Assembly: GCA_964369315.1 (NCBI GenBank)
Contig: CAYJEJ010000001.1
Location: 4,091-68,090 of the forward strand
Origin: an uncultured Alphaproteobacteria bacterium
GTDB taxonomy: Bacteria; Pseudomonadota; Alphaproteobacteria; UBA3830; JAIRWN01
Reading direction: 5' to 3'
Length of the DNA stretch: 64,000 bases
In this document: one piece after another, positions 38,553 to 48,867 of the stretch
Layout of the letters: every line of letters starts with the position of its first letter
Position numbering within the stretch: the first letter of the stretch is position 1
Position numbers and translations under genes: made by a program
Notes under the pieces: model-generated
What the model was told of the DNA's origin: nothing
Database searches by the model: none
Seen by the model: the letters and a program-made list of their open reading frames with translations, nothing else

Positions 38553-38657
38553 GTCTGACCTAAAATTTTTTTACAAAAACAAATAATTAATATCAAAAAA
38601 CAGGGCTAGAAAGGGAGCACCACATAATGTGAGTCGCTCCCCAAATGCCTTTATAGA

Positions 38658-39152
38658 TTAAACCCCAGAAGTGTCTGGAACGACCCTTGACCTGCCATTG
38701 TTACTGCTGTGGACAAACACTCTTGTGCCAACGCTCAAATAAGGGCTGAGACCTTGAACGAGTGTCACGGTGTTACCATTGTCTAGCTGTATGATGTATT
38801 CGAGTGCTTCTTGCTGTTTGAGTTTTTTCTCGGCCATTGCACCACCAACACCGCCAACTGCGGCTCCTGCAGCTGTTGCAAGTAATCGACCTTTTCCTTG
38901 ACCAATCATACTACCCAAAACGCCACCGCCAACGGCTCCAAGACCAGCACCGACAATGTTACTACCCAGTGAGTCGCCATTTTCAACCATAATTTTGCGG
39001 ACGCTCAACACCTTCCCGCGATAAGTCGCTGCAATTTCTCCTGCTTGCGAGGACGAGTAACTGTCGGACGAGAGGTCTTTTGCACAACCAGATATTAGGA
39101 CGCACAGCGTACTTAACATAATGATGTTAATGTTTTTCATTTTAAAATTCAT
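38658..39152 (-). CDS. glycine-zipper outer-membrane lipoprotein (SlyB / rickettsial 17-kDa-antigen family)
   Basis: Lipobox LISGC. Gly-zipper segments GAGLGAVGGGVLGSMIG and AAGAAVGGVGGA. Confidence 0.8.
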   Translation of the reverse strand: MNFKMKNINIIMLSTLCVLISGCAKDLSSDSYSSSQAGEIAATYRGKVLSVRKIMVENGDSLGSNIVGAGLGAVGGGVLGSMIGQGKGRLLATAAGAAVGGVGGAMAEKKLKQQEALEYIIQLDNGNTVTLVQGLSPYLSVGTRVFVHSSNNGRSRVVPDTSGV

Positions 39153-39564
39153 ATATCCACTCCCTTAAAGTGATAAAAACAAACCTAAAAGTAATATATA
39201 CCAAATGTTTTCTAACAGGAACCTTAATTTTTATGTTAAGCATTTGAATAAAATTATAACAAAAATTGAAAAAAATTATTTTTTTCTACTTTTTGGTGTA
39301 GACATTAACACTTTTTTAACTATATTATGGATTTGTAACCACGAAATTCTGGGAAAGTGCGTTAAGGTTTTTGTGGTCAGTGCTATGTAGCGAAAGACTA
39401 GAAAAACAACCAATTGCTACATAGCATGCCAACCAAGAATAGGTTAAAAAAAACCCCTCAAGAGTATAAGTATAACTTGTTTTTGTTTTTAAACAAAGAA
39501 AATTCTTAATTTTATCGCTGATTTTTGGTAAAACCTTATATTAGGTCAAATGATATGAGGATAT

Positions 39565-40203
39565 ATGTTAATTTTCGCAGATTCCGCAGATTTAAAAGAT
39601 ATACAAAATTTGGTTGATTATGGGTTGATTGATGGTGTGACAACTAATCCATCATTAATTGCAAAAAGTGGGAAAAATTTTTATAGCTTAATCAAAGATA
39701 TAGCAAATATTTGTTCAGGGGCGATTAGTGCTGAGGTTACGACGATGAATTGTAACGAAATGGTTGAAGAAGGTCGGGCTCTTGTCGGTCTTGCGAAAAA
39801 TATAGTGGTGAAAATCCCGATTACATTGGATGGAGTAAAGGCTTGTAAAATACTATCTAGTGAGGGGATTAAGGTGAATATGACGCTTTGCTTCTCTACT
39901 TTACAGGCACTTATGGCCGCCAAGGCTGGTGCAACTTATGTGTCCCCATTTGTTGGGCGACTAGATGATACAGGGGTGGACGGCATCTCAATTTTGGACG
40001 AGATTTGTGACGCCTTAGGGGAATATGACACGCAAGTTCTGGCAGCCTCGATTAGAAACTATTCTCATATGCAACAGGCGGTGAACATAGGTGTTGATGC
40101 GATAACAGTTCCTGCAAAGTTAATATATGATTGTTTGAAGCATCCATTAACCGACAGCGGTTTAAAAACCTTTATGGACGATTGGAACAGAGCAGCCAAA
40201 TAG
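39565..40203 (+). CDS. tal: fructose-6-phosphate aldolase / transaldolase (type 3B)
   Basis: 212 aa. DGVTTNPSL, the VKIP Schiff-base Lys segment, and VSPFVGRLDD. Confidence 0.9.
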   Translation: MLIFADSADLKDIQNLVDYGLIDGVTTNPSLIAKSGKNFYSLIKDIANICSGAISAEVTTMNCNEMVEEGRALVGLAKNIVVKIPITLDGVKACKILSSEGIKVNMTLCFSTLQALMAAKAGATYVSPFVGRLDDTGVDGISILDEICDALGEYDTQVLAASIRNYSHMQQAVNIGVDAITVPAKLIYDCLKHPLTDSGLKTFMDDWNRAAK

Positions 40204-40205
40204 TT

Positions 40206-41120
40206 GTGCGGTATGATGAACATATAAAAAATTGGCTTAAATACCTATCAATTGAAAGGGGTTATTCGCCAAATACGGTGGAGTCTTATCGAATAGACGT
40301 TGTCAGTTTTCATCAATTTATGAAAGCCCACAAGGGTGAAGGAGTGACGCCCTGTTTATCTGAATTAAAAATATCAGATTTACGTTCTTGGTTGGCATCA
40401 CGTGTCGCACAGGGGTTTTCAGCCCGCTCAAACTCGAGGGCGATTTCAGGTTTGAAGTCTTTTTGTCGATATATGTCTAGCGTCAAGCAAGACGTTCCTG
40501 AATTTATATTTAAGTTTAAATCACCACGCGTCAAGCCATTGCTACCAAGACCGTTAACGAAGGAACGTGTATTAAAGGTAATAAATTATATAGACGAATC
40601 TCAAGATATTTGGATATCTTTCCGAAATCAGGCACTGTTTTATCTGTTATATGGTGCAGGTTTGCGTATTAATGAAGCGTTGTCGTTGAACATAGAAGAC
40701 ATCGACGAAAATCAATCACAAGTTCGTGTGATGGGTAAAGGGCGTAAAGAACGAGTGGTGCCTTTACTCCCTATAGTGCAGAAGTCTTTGAGTAAATATC
40801 TAGAGCGTGTTCCATACCAACAAAGTGGAAGTGCCCCAATATTTTATGGTAAGCGAGGCAAACGACTTAACGCAGCTGTATTTGAAAGATATATGTTAAA
40901 AATCAGGAAAGAGCTCGGCTTTGAAGACAGTGCCACACCCCACGCATTAAGGCATAGTTTCGCAAGTCATTTGGTGTCAAAGGGGATGGGACTGAGGTCG
41001 CTCCAAGAATTGCTTGGTCATGTCAGCCTTGCAAGTACACAAATTTATACAGATATCTCTGATGAAGAGATGTTTAAGGTCTATCAAGCAACCCATCCGC
41101 TCAATAAAAGGCAGCCATAA
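40206..41120 (+). CDS. site-specific tyrosine recombinase XerC/XerD family
   Basis: GTG at 40206, just after the tal stop (the ORF is open from 40131). SAM-like N-domain YLSIERGYSPNTVESY. Catalytic region HALRHSFASHL...LLGHVSLASTQIYT. Confidence 0.88.
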   Translation: MRYDEHIKNWLKYLSIERGYSPNTVESYRIDVVSFHQFMKAHKGEGVTPCLSELKISDLRSWLASRVAQGFSARSNSRAISGLKSFCRYMSSVKQDVPEFIFKFKSPRVKPLLPRPLTKERVLKVINYIDESQDIWISFRNQALFYLLYGAGLRINEALSLNIEDIDENQSQVRVMGKGRKERVVPLLPIVQKSLSKYLERVPYQQSGSAPIFYGKRGKRLNAAVFERYMLKIRKELGFEDSATPHALRHSFASHLVSKGMGLRSLQELLGHVSLASTQIYTDISDEEMFKVYQATHPLNKRQP

Positions 41121-41143
41121 ACACTAATATATTTGGGGTTTAG

Positions 41144-41596
41144 TTAATCCGAATGCTTTAAGAATACTGGTCTTTTCATAACAATTGCATGTCGATTTTG
41201 ACCGTAGTAATGTTTTCGTTCTGCGATTTTTTGAAATAGCATTTTTTCATAAAACATAATCGCAGGTGCGTTAATATGTTCAACTTCTAGGAACATTTCC
41301 TGAAGGTTATTTTCTTTTGCGACACCTAAAGAGTGTTTAAAGAGTTTGGTAGCGATTTTTAGCCTTTGTTCTTCTGGCTGGACGCAGATTGTATAAATAT
41401 CTACATAATCTAAAAATGAGCTCATAACCACGCCAGCGAGGTTTGAACACTCGCTTTTATAAGCACCAAAACATAGCACGTTCGGATTTTCTAACGACTG
41501 TTTAATAGAGCGATTACTCCAAGGATTAGAGAAACATTTTTTATGAAGCTCTCCAATTTCTTGGCAATGTGTTGGGGTAAGTTGTTTGATTATCAT
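41144..41596 (-). CDS. rimI: ribosomal-protein-alanine N-acetyltransferase (GNAT)
   Basis: 150-aa GNAT fold. 4-nt overlap with the upstream tsaB, matching the conserved tsaB-rimI pair. Confidence 0.8.
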   Translation of the reverse strand: MIIKQLTPTHCQEIGELHKKCFSNPWSNRSIKQSLENPNVLCFGAYKSECSNLAGVVMSSFLDYVDIYTICVQPEEQRLKIATKLFKHSLGVAKENNLQEMFLEVEHINAPAIMFYEKMLFQKIAERKHYYGQNRHAIVMKRPVFLKHSD

Positions 41597-42237
41597 TTTT
41601 TAATTGTAACGGCGGCATTTCTTCCATAAATAGGGCAAATCTCGCCGTTGTTAGGTTTCAAGAAATCTAATGCGTTTATTAGCGAGGTCGAAAGAATGTT
41701 TTGCTCAATAATTTCTATGTTATTAGGCGTATATCCTGAGAACAGGCTTTTATTATTAGTCAGTATTATATTGTTCTCTTCTGTTAACTCGAGCGTCTCA
41801 TCGGGCGGGTATATTTTTATTTCTGATTTTTCATTAAGATTTTTATCAATGACTTGTGTGTAACATTCGTTCGTTTTGGTATCTGCCGCCATGAGGGTCA
41901 AGCCCAATGAACTAGACTGCTCATATGAAAGACGCATGGCTTGTAATGTATTGATGGGGAGAAATATCATATCTGGGATTGCAACCTTTATTCCATACAC
42001 AGTGCTCACTGCCACCCGTACGCCAGTAAAAGAGCCTGGTCCAACCGTGAATATGCATTGATTAATGTCATACATCTTTAAACTGGCATCTGAGAGAAGG
42101 CGCTTTATCATTGGTGTGAGCAAGGCTGGAGCGTCTAGCTGGTGATGGTGGCTCAAACTACCGATGAGCTGTCGGTTTTTATCAAACAATGCGACCGATA
42201 GTGTGTTGAGGCAACAATCAAAAGCCAATATAGTCAT
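41593..42237 (-). CDS. tsaB: tRNA t6A37 biosynthesis protein TsaB
   Basis: 214 aa. ILAFDCCLNTLSVAL N-terminus and GPGSFTGVRV motif. Confidence 0.88.
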   Translation of the reverse strand: MTILAFDCCLNTLSVALFDKNRQLIGSLSHHHQLDAPALLTPMIKRLLSDASLKMYDINQCIFTVGPGSFTGVRVAVSTVYGIKVAIPDMIFLPINTLQAMRLSYEQSSSLGLTLMAADTKTNECYTQVIDKNLNEKSEIKIYPPDETLELTEENNIILTNNKSLFSGYTPNNIEIIEQNILSTSLINALDFLKPNNGEICPIYGRNAAVTIKK

Positions 42238-42332
42238 ATGTCATCACATAATAAAATGTTTGTGTAGATTATTCTGGAATTCGATGAAAAACAAATGTAT
42301 TGTTCATAGTGTTAGGTAATATGGTTGATTTT

Positions 42333-42620
42333 ATGAAAATATCAGATGAAGACGTCTTTAAAGTGGCTGAACTCTCCAGCATTAGTATTTGCCCTGAGGA
42401 GGTTTCAAAAATCCGCTCTGAACTGGAGAAAATTTTTGGATTTATCGACCAATTGAATGAAGTAAATTGCGATAATATTGAGCCCCTATCAAATGTTTCA
42501 ATCAGCAAAATGCCTGAACGTGAAGACGTTGTAACCGATGGTGGGTGCGTTGATGCAATATTATCTAATGCACCAGAAAAAGCAGCTAACATGTTTGTTG
42601 TTCCCAAAGTTATTGATTGA
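42333..42620 (+). CDS. gatC: Asp/Glu-tRNA amidotransferase subunit C
   Basis: Start is MKISDEDVFKVAELSSI at 42333. Followed by gatA and gatB. Confidence 0.9.
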   Translation: MKISDEDVFKVAELSSISICPEEVSKIRSELEKIFGFIDQLNEVNCDNIEPLSNVSISKMPEREDVVTDGGCVDAILSNAPEKAANMFVVPKVID

Positions 42621-42626
42621 GGTCAA

Positions 42627-44102
42627 TTGAAAAGTATGGAAGATATCACTCGTTTAACGATTTCTGAGGCTAGAGAGCTGTTGTCATCTAAAAAAATTTC
42701 TGCAACAGAGTTGGTGCAAGCTTTTCTAGGTGCCATTAAAAAACATTCACACTTAAACGCCTTCATCACCCTAGATGAGGATGGGGCGATTAATCAAGCG
42801 AAACAAAGCGACTTGAACATTCAATCTGGTAAAAAAAGACCATTAGAAGGCATCCCCTTGGCGATGAAAGATTTGTTTTGTTCAAAGGGTGTTCGCACAA
42901 CGGCGGGCTCGAAGATTTTGGAAAATTTCATCCCCCCCTATGAATCTGGTATAAGCGAACGGTTGATTAACGATGGTGCGATAGTCCTTGGTAAGACCAA
43001 TATGGACGAGTTTGCCATGGGGTCGGCGAATATCACGAGTTATTTTGGGAATGTTATCAACCCTTGGGTTGAGGTTGGCAATGAAGAAAAACCTTTGGTA
43101 CCAGGGGGGTCATCAGGCGGCTCTGCTACTGCTGTTGCGGGGCATCTATGCTTGGGTGCGACTGGGTCGGATACAGGCGGGTCTATAAGACAGCCGGCGT
43201 CTTTTTGCGGCATTGTGGGGCTGAAGCCAACATATGGGCGGTGTTCACGCTGGGGGATGATTGCGTTTGCCTCATCTCTTGACCAAGCTGGACCTTTAAC
43301 CAAGTCGGTCAATGATTGTGCGATTATGCTGAACTCGATGTCAGGTTATGATATGAGAGACGCCACATCAGCAAATATCAATGTGCCGGATTTTGAGCTG
43401 GCAGTTGGAAAAACCGTTCGGGGATTGAGGGTTGGCATCTTGAAGGATGCATGGATTGATAATTGCAGTGCTGACATTAAACATGTTTGTCAAAACAGCA
43501 TCAATTGCCTTAAAGACGCGGGGGCTGAAATAGTTGACATAAGCCTGCCATATGCACAGTATTCGTTGGCGGCATATTATGTGATTGCTCCAGCCGAGGC
43601 TTCATCTAACCTATCGAGGTTTGATGGGGTTCGTTTTGGAATGCGAGCTGATGTTGAAAACATGGCAGATGTTTATAAGCAAACCAGACGCGAAGGGTTT
43701 GGCGACGAAGTCCGCAGGCGTATTATGATTGGCACCTACGCCCTTTCGGCTGGGCATATGGACGCTTATTACCAACGAGCAAAAAAAGTGCAGGCGTTGA
43801 TTAAACAAAGTTTTGATAATATTTTCGAATCGGTCGATATCATCTTAACTCCGACCACGCCAACATCTGCGTTCGGTATTGGTGAAAAGCAAGACGACCC
43901 AATCACCATGTATTTGAACGATATGTTTACTGTGCCAGTGAATATGGCGGGGTTGCCGGCGATTTCTGTCCCTGCTGGATTGGACGCTAAGGGTTTGCCG
44001 TTAGGAATTCAATTAATATCAGCACAATTTAGGGAAGAAACGCTTTTAAGTGCAGGGTATGTGATAGAAAAATCATCAAACTTTAAGCCGTGGGGCTGTT
44101 AA
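42627..44102 (+). CDS. gatA: Asp/Glu-tRNA amidotransferase subunit A
   Basis: 491 aa. Amidase signature [12 protein letters not shown] and the Ser-cisSer-Lys context. Confidence 0.94.
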   Translation: MKSMEDITRLTISEARELLSSKKISATELVQAFLGAIKKHSHLNAFITLDEDGAINQAKQSDLNIQSGKKRPLEGIPLAMKDLFCSKGVRTTAGSKILENFIPPYESGISERLINDGAIVLGKTNMDEFAMGSANITSYFGNVINPWVEVGNEEKPLVPGGSSGGSATAVAGHLCLGATGSDTGGSIRQPASFCGIVGLKPTYGRCSRWGMIAFASSLDQAGPLTKSVNDCAIMLNSMSGYDMRDATSANINVPDFELAVGKTVRGLRVGILKDAWIDNCSADIKHVCQNSINCLKDAGAEIVDISLPYAQYSLAAYYVIAPAEASSNLSRFDGVRFGMRADVENMADVYKQTRREGFGDEVRRRIMIGTYALSAGHMDAYYQRAKKVQALIKQSFDNIFESVDIILTPTTPTSAFGIGEKQDDPITMYLNDMFTVPVNMAGLPAISVPAGLDAKGLPLGIQLISAQFREETLLSAGYVIEKSSNFKPWGC

Positions 44103-44109
44103 AATTTAT

Positions 44110-45636
44110 ATGGGTGTAAATATGCTTGAAAGAAATTATACTCCAACCCTTTATAAAGGGCAAACGGGTGAGTGGGAGGTTGTCATCGGGATGGAGGTGC
44201 ACGCTCAGGTCGTTTCAAAATCGAAACTATTTTCAGGCTCTAGTGCAGTGTTTGGTGCTGCACCAAATGAAAATGTCTCATGTGTTGACGCTGCTTTCCC
44301 AGGGATGTTACCTGTGATTAATGGCTACTGCGTTGACCAAGCTATAAAAACTGGGATTGGCTTGAATTGTGATATCAATCTTGAATCCTCGTTTGATAGA
44401 AAGAGCTATTTTTATCCTGATTTGCCATCTGGGTATCAAATTTCTCAATTTTATCATCCAATTGTTGGAGCAGGACAAATTAATATTAACCTAGATGAGG
44501 ACAAGGCTTTTTCTGTTCGGATTAACCACATTCACCTAGAGCAAGATGCTGGTAAAAGCCTGCACGACCAACATCCTGAAAAATCTTATATCGATTTAAA
44601 TCGAGCGGGTGTTGCGTTGATGGAAATTGTCACAGAACCAGACATGCGGAGCAATCAAGAGGCGTCGGCATTTTTGCGTAAGCTACGAATGATTTTGAGG
44701 TATTTGGGCACATGTGACGGCAACATGGAGGAAGGGAGCATGCGGGCGGATGTCAATGTTTCTGTCCGTCGTCCTGATGAACCTTTTGGCACAAGGGTTG
44801 AAGTGAAAAACATTAATTCATCAAGGTTTGTTGAACAGGCAATAGAGTTTGAGGTCTCTCGGCAAATTAATAAGCTAGAAAATGGAGAAAAGATTATCCA
44901 AGAAACGCGTTTATTTGACTCTGGCTCTGGGCAAACACGCTCAATGCGTTCGAAAGAAGATGCCCAAGACTATCGCTATATGCCAGACCCAGATTTGCCT
45001 CCTCTGATAGTTGATAAAGAGCGGGTTGAACAGATTAGGCAAAATCTGCCTGAACTTCCAGACTTAAAGCAACGAAGACTGATGGATGATTTGGGGCTTT
45101 CTTTTTATGATGCGAATTTAATCATATCTGAGCCAGATATTGCAGATTTTTATGAGTCCTGCCTTGCATTTGAAAAAGACAGGGCTGGACAAGTTTCCAC
45201 CAGCGTCGCCAAGATGATAGCGAACTGGTTTTTGGGCGACTTGTTTTCTTATCTTAATAAGACAGGTAAAAAACTTGCAGAGAGTTTGGTCACGCCAAAA
45301 TTTTTAACAGAGCTGGTCGACTTAATTCAAGATGGAACGATATCTGGCAAAATAGCAAAGGATGTGTTCGAAATATGTTGGCAGACGGGTGACCACCCTG
45401 CTGAGATTGTGAAAAACCGAGGAATGCAACAGGTGACAGACACCTCGTTAATAGAGGCTGCGGTCGAATCGGTGATTGCTGGGAACCAAGATAAAGTGAG
45501 CGAGCTTTTGGCAGGCAAGGAAAAGCTTTTTGGCTTTTTTGTCGGTCAGGTGATGAAAGAAACATCTGGTAAAGCAAACCCGCAGGTGGTCAATGAGCTG
45601 TTAAAAAAACGTCTCTATTCAGATGGTGGTAAATGA
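44110..45636 (+). CDS. gatB: Asp/Glu-tRNA amidotransferase subunit B
   Basis: 508 aa. [29 protein letters not shown], and a C-terminal YqeY-like tail. Confidence 0.94.
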   Translation: MGVNMLERNYTPTLYKGQTGEWEVVIGMEVHAQVVSKSKLFSGSSAVFGAAPNENVSCVDAAFPGMLPVINGYCVDQAIKTGIGLNCDINLESSFDRKSYFYPDLPSGYQISQFYHPIVGAGQININLDEDKAFSVRINHIHLEQDAGKSLHDQHPEKSYIDLNRAGVALMEIVTEPDMRSNQEASAFLRKLRMILRYLGTCDGNMEEGSMRADVNVSVRRPDEPFGTRVEVKNINSSRFVEQAIEFEVSRQINKLENGEKIIQETRLFDSGSGQTRSMRSKEDAQDYRYMPDPDLPPLIVDKERVEQIRQNLPELPDLKQRRLMDDLGLSFYDANLIISEPDIADFYESCLAFEKDRAGQVSTSVAKMIANWFLGDLFSYLNKTGKKLAESLVTPKFLTELVDLIQDGTISGKIAKDVFEICWQTGDHPAEIVKNRGMQQVTDTSLIEAAVESVIAGNQDKVSELLAGKEKLFGFFVGQVMKETSGKANPQVVNELLKKRLYSDGGK

Positions 45637-45764
45637 ACAGTTTATTCAGGAAGGCGGTCGTTCTCATTTGCATCATGGCACTGGCGGGGTGTGGCAAACG
45701 CGGAAAACTCTCACCCCCAGAGCAAGAAGACCGACCATATCCACGACAATATCCACAAAACTGA
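45633..45764 (+). CDS. small lipoprotein (LptM/YifL-like)
   Basis: 43-aa ORF below the track cutoff: [43 protein letters not shown]. Lipobox LAGC followed by GxxGxLxxP. Its ATG overlaps the gatB TGA (ATGA). Confidence 0.5.
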   Translation: MNSLFRKAVVLICIMALAGCGKRGKLSPPEQEDRPYPRQYPQN

Positions 45765-45906
45765 TATATCACCATCACGCATGGCATAGGAACAGTCTAA
45801 ACGGGGTAGCAATTGCCCGCATCCGAACGCACTAGAAAGCTTTTAAGATTTTTGGCTTATGTGATGCGATATATGTTTATAAGTATGTTTTCAATAGTTG
45901 CCTCTT

Positions 45907-46629
45907 CTAACAGAGGTACTGCCCGCCATTTATACTCATTGTCGCACCGTTTATATATCCTGATGAATCACTGACCAAGAACTTAACAGCATCGGCGATT
46001 TCTTGGGGTTGCCCTAGTCTGCCAGCAGGAATCTGAGCTTTTATGGTGTCAATAACGTTTTGCGGGATGTGTTTGGTCATATCAGTATCTATGTAACCAG
46101 GGGCAATGCAATTTACAGTAATATTGTTGCGAGCTGACTCTAGTGCCAGTGCCTTAGAAAATCCTATGATACCAGCTTTTGCAGCTGAATAATTCGTCTG
46201 ACCTACCTGACCCTTAAGACCGTTAATGGAGCTGATGTTGACTATTCTGCCGAACCTCCTGTCCCTCATTCCAGTAATGACCAATCTGCACATGTTAAAT
46301 ACGGAGCCTAGGTTCGTCAAGATAACCTCAGACCACTGGGATTCATTCATTTTATGGAGCATGCTGTCTCGGGTGATGCCAGCATTATTCACCAAAACCT
46401 CAACCGCACCAAATTGGTTTTCTATTTTCTTGAGCCCTTCTTCACAGGCTGAAAAGTTCGACACATCCCACTTAAAAACAGGGACGTCAAATTTTTGATG
46501 AAATTCCTGTGCGACCGCGTCATTCCCGCTATAAGTGGCGATGACGTTATAACCTGCTTGCTTCAAAGTTTGGGAGATTTGACCGCCAATTCCACGTGTT
46601 CCACCTGTTACTAAAGCTATTCTAGACAT
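45907..46629 (-). CDS. phaB: acetoacetyl-CoA reductase / 3-oxoacyl-ACP reductase (SDR)
   Basis: 240 aa. VTGGTRGIG, NNAGI and YSAAK motifs. Overlaps the upstream PhaC-like gene by 8 nt. Confidence 0.8.
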   Translation of the reverse strand: MSRIALVTGGTRGIGGQISQTLKQAGYNVIATYSGNDAVAQEFHQKFDVPVFKWDVSNFSACEEGLKKIENQFGAVEVLVNNAGITRDSMLHKMNESQWSEVILTNLGSVFNMCRLVITGMRDRRFGRIVNISSINGLKGQVGQTNYSAAKAGIIGFSKALALESARNNITVNCIAPGYIDTDMTKHIPQNVIDTIKAQIPAGRLGQPQEIADAVKFLVSDSSGYINGATMSINGGQYLC

Positions 46630-47824
46630 TTTTCCTACTCTTAATACTGTTACTCAGCCAACTCATGCAAGGAAAAACAAACTCTTCCTCACTTCTACTA
46701 CCAACCATAAAACCGACATGTCCTACATTAGGGCGAACAGCTGTAACATCAGCGTCAATGCCGACTAAACCATCTGACGCATTGAACGGGACAATCTTAT
46801 CTTTGGTTGGCGTTATTATAAAAACGGAATGGTTAACAAAATCTGAATCGATTAGTTGGTTGTTAATATATAATTTTTTATTAAATAATCGATTTTCCTT
46901 AAAAAAATTCATCAAGCATTCGGAGAAAAATTTTTCTGACAAAGGTCTGAGGTCATTTATCCAATCTTCAACTTGGACGAAGAGTTCAATTTTTTTCTCA
47001 TTTTCTTCATCGGCGAACTTGGAAAATTTATTAATGACAGTACCCGCCTGAAGGCTGCTTAGGAGCTTTTTTAATAAGCCATTTAACTCTTGTATACTAA
47101 GGCTGACGTTTTTTGCATATTTTGTGATAAACCTATCAATCAGTTGTTGCTCAGAAGGTTGATAGCAACGAAAGTTCCAAGGAGTTGCCATTAGAACAGA
47201 ACCCGCTGGGCGTATTTGAGAGTCTTTTAATAAAACGCTCAATATATTGGTCAACACGCCGCCAAGACAATAGCCGAAAGTATAAATGGGCAGTTTAAAT
47301 TGCTCATACACGGTTTTATAGGCGGGCATTAAGATGTGTTCTATATAGCCTGTCATATCATAATTTTCTTTATGTGTGTGTTTTCCCCAATCTAAGAAAA
47401 TCGGCAAAATGGACAGTTTTAACAGGTGTTTTGCAAAATTGTTCGCAGGAAGGTGAAAAATGGACGGGTTGTTCATGGGTGCACTAATAAAAAATGCGAT
47501 TGCCTTTGGGGTAAAGGGCCACAGCGTTTTATACCCATAAACACTCGCAGAACCAGAGCTCCAAAAAGGAACCCTGTCTTGTTCTTTATCAAAATTTTTA
47601 TAGTCTCTGTTGAACTTTTGGTACTTAACCACGCCATGAATAAATTTTTCAAATCTTTCCTGAACGCACCCTTCAACCAAGGTATTAAATTCACTTGTTG
47701 GGGATTTTTTTGAAAATTTGCAACCTGTTTTTTTTAGTAAACGCGGGTCATAAAGCGTCTTTAACCCAAGAAGCCAAGGCGTCAGTGCAGAGCCCATAGA
47801 AAAATTTAGGTCGCGTTCGTCCAT
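46622..47824 (-). CDS. PHA-synthase-like alpha/beta hydrolase (class III PhaC-like)
   Basis: 400 aa. Lipase-box with Cys nucleophile FGYCLGG (GxCxG) and C-terminal His region VGHVGFMVG. Confidence 0.6.
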   Translation of the reverse strand: MDERDLNFSMGSALTPWLLGLKTLYDPRLLKKTGCKFSKKSPTSEFNTLVEGCVQERFEKFIHGVVKYQKFNRDYKNFDKEQDRVPFWSSGSASVYGYKTLWPFTPKAIAFFISAPMNNPSIFHLPANNFAKHLLKLSILPIFLDWGKHTHKENYDMTGYIEHILMPAYKTVYEQFKLPIYTFGYCLGGVLTNILSVLLKDSQIRPAGSVLMATPWNFRCYQPSEQQLIDRFITKYAKNVSLSIQELNGLLKKLLSSLQAGTVINKFSKFADEENEKKIELFVQVEDWINDLRPLSEKFFSECLMNFFKENRLFNKKLYINNQLIDSDFVNHSVFIITPTKDKIVPFNASDGLVGIDADVTAVRPNVGHVGFMVGSRSEEEFVFPCMSWLSNSIKSRKNV

Positions 47825-47827
47825 TAA

Positions 47828-48061
47828 TTATTTTTTATGTTTAACATAATGTTTCCAAGCTTCGGATGTTTCCGAAATGCTAAAATTTCTGTGAGTAATA
47901 AGGTTCAAAAATCCTAATAATCCGGTCTGATTCTTTGCGTTATTAGGCATATCAAACAAGGCATCGAGCGAGATATTACACAAAATCTCGCTCATATTAT
48001 CTTGCCAATAGTCGACATATTCTTCGGGCTTTAAAAATTTTTTATTTGAAAAAAACATCAA
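47828..48061 (-). CDS. hypothetical small protein translationally adjacent to the phaC-like gene
   Basis: 77 aa. Its stop is 3 nt before the phaC-like start. No motif recognised. Confidence 0.35.
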   Translation of the reverse strand: MMFFSNKKFLKPEEYVDYWQDNMSEILCNISLDALFDMPNNAKNQTGLLGFLNLITHRNFSISETSEAWKHYVKHKK

Positions 48062-48080
48062 GCCATCAACAGTAAGTGTA

Positions 48081-48791
48081 TTATTTTCTATCTCCGAGCA
48101 ACTGTAATAAACTAATGAATATATTTATAAAATCTAAATAAAGCATCAAAGCACCATATATGGCACCTTTACTGATGTTTTCGGCGTCACCGTCATGATT
48201 ATAAAACATCATTTTGATTTTTTGTGTGTCATATGCTGTTAATCCAGTAAAGACAATCACGGTGATTATAGATGATACAAAGTGTATCATACTACTGCGT
48301 AAGAACAGATTGACAACAGAAGCAACGACCACCCCAATCAATCCCATGAATAGAAAAGAGCCAAATTCAGTCAAGTCTCTTTTGGTTGTATGACCAACAA
48401 TGCTCATGCTTAAAAACATAATCGATGTTATGAAAAACACTCTTGTAATACTCTCGCCAGAGTAAAGTGCGAAAATATATGAAAGGCTGACCCCCATTAA
48501 ACCGGCATAACACCAAAAACACATCTGTGCCACTGATGCGGAAATTTTATTAATCCGAAAACTAAGGAACATGACCATTGCCAGCGGTGCGATTAAAAAC
48601 AAAAACCTGAGCGGGGAGGTATGCACAGCATACATTAACCCAGGAATGGCTGCGACTAAATAGGCAATAACACCTGTGATGCCCAGTCCAATTGCCATAT
48701 AATTATAAACGCGGGACATATACCCATGAAGTTGTGCACTATTTTCAATAGAAATTGTCTGTGCTGACCTCGAAGATTTATTAACCATCAT
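48081..48791 (-). CDS. Bax inhibitor-1/YccA-family membrane protein
   Basis: 236 aa with about 7 TM helices. N-terminal ...YMSRVYNYMAIGLGITG and C-terminal ...YLDFINIF typical of BI-1/YccA. Confidence 0.85.
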   Translation of the reverse strand: MMVNKSSRSAQTISIENSAQLHGYMSRVYNYMAIGLGITGVIAYLVAAIPGLMYAVHTSPLRFLFLIAPLAMVMFLSFRINKISASVAQMCFWCYAGLMGVSLSYIFALYSGESITRVFFITSIMFLSMSIVGHTTKRDLTEFGSFLFMGLIGVVVASVVNLFLRSSMIHFVSSIITVIVFTGLTAYDTQKIKMMFYNHDGDAENISKGAIYGALMLYLDFINIFISLLQLLGDRK

Positions 48792-48867
48792 TACTCTCCT
48801 AATAAAGTTAACAACATTATATAGTTTATATTAATCAAAAACACTAACTTTTCGTAAAGATTTTGCT

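Noticed and set aside
40206-41120. Tyrosine recombinase as a possible integrase of a mobile element
   Set aside because: Its length, its N-terminal SAM-like domain and its HALRHSFASHL...LLGH...Y motifs fit chromosomal XerC/XerD. The neighbours are housekeeping genes, and no flanking repeats or tRNA-linked att site are present.
45623-45835. 70-aa plus-strand ORF after gatB
   Set aside because: Its composition is featureless and Arg/His/Thr-rich. The overlapping 43-codon lipoprotein frame (45633-45764), with a lipobox and ATGA coupling, explains the region better.
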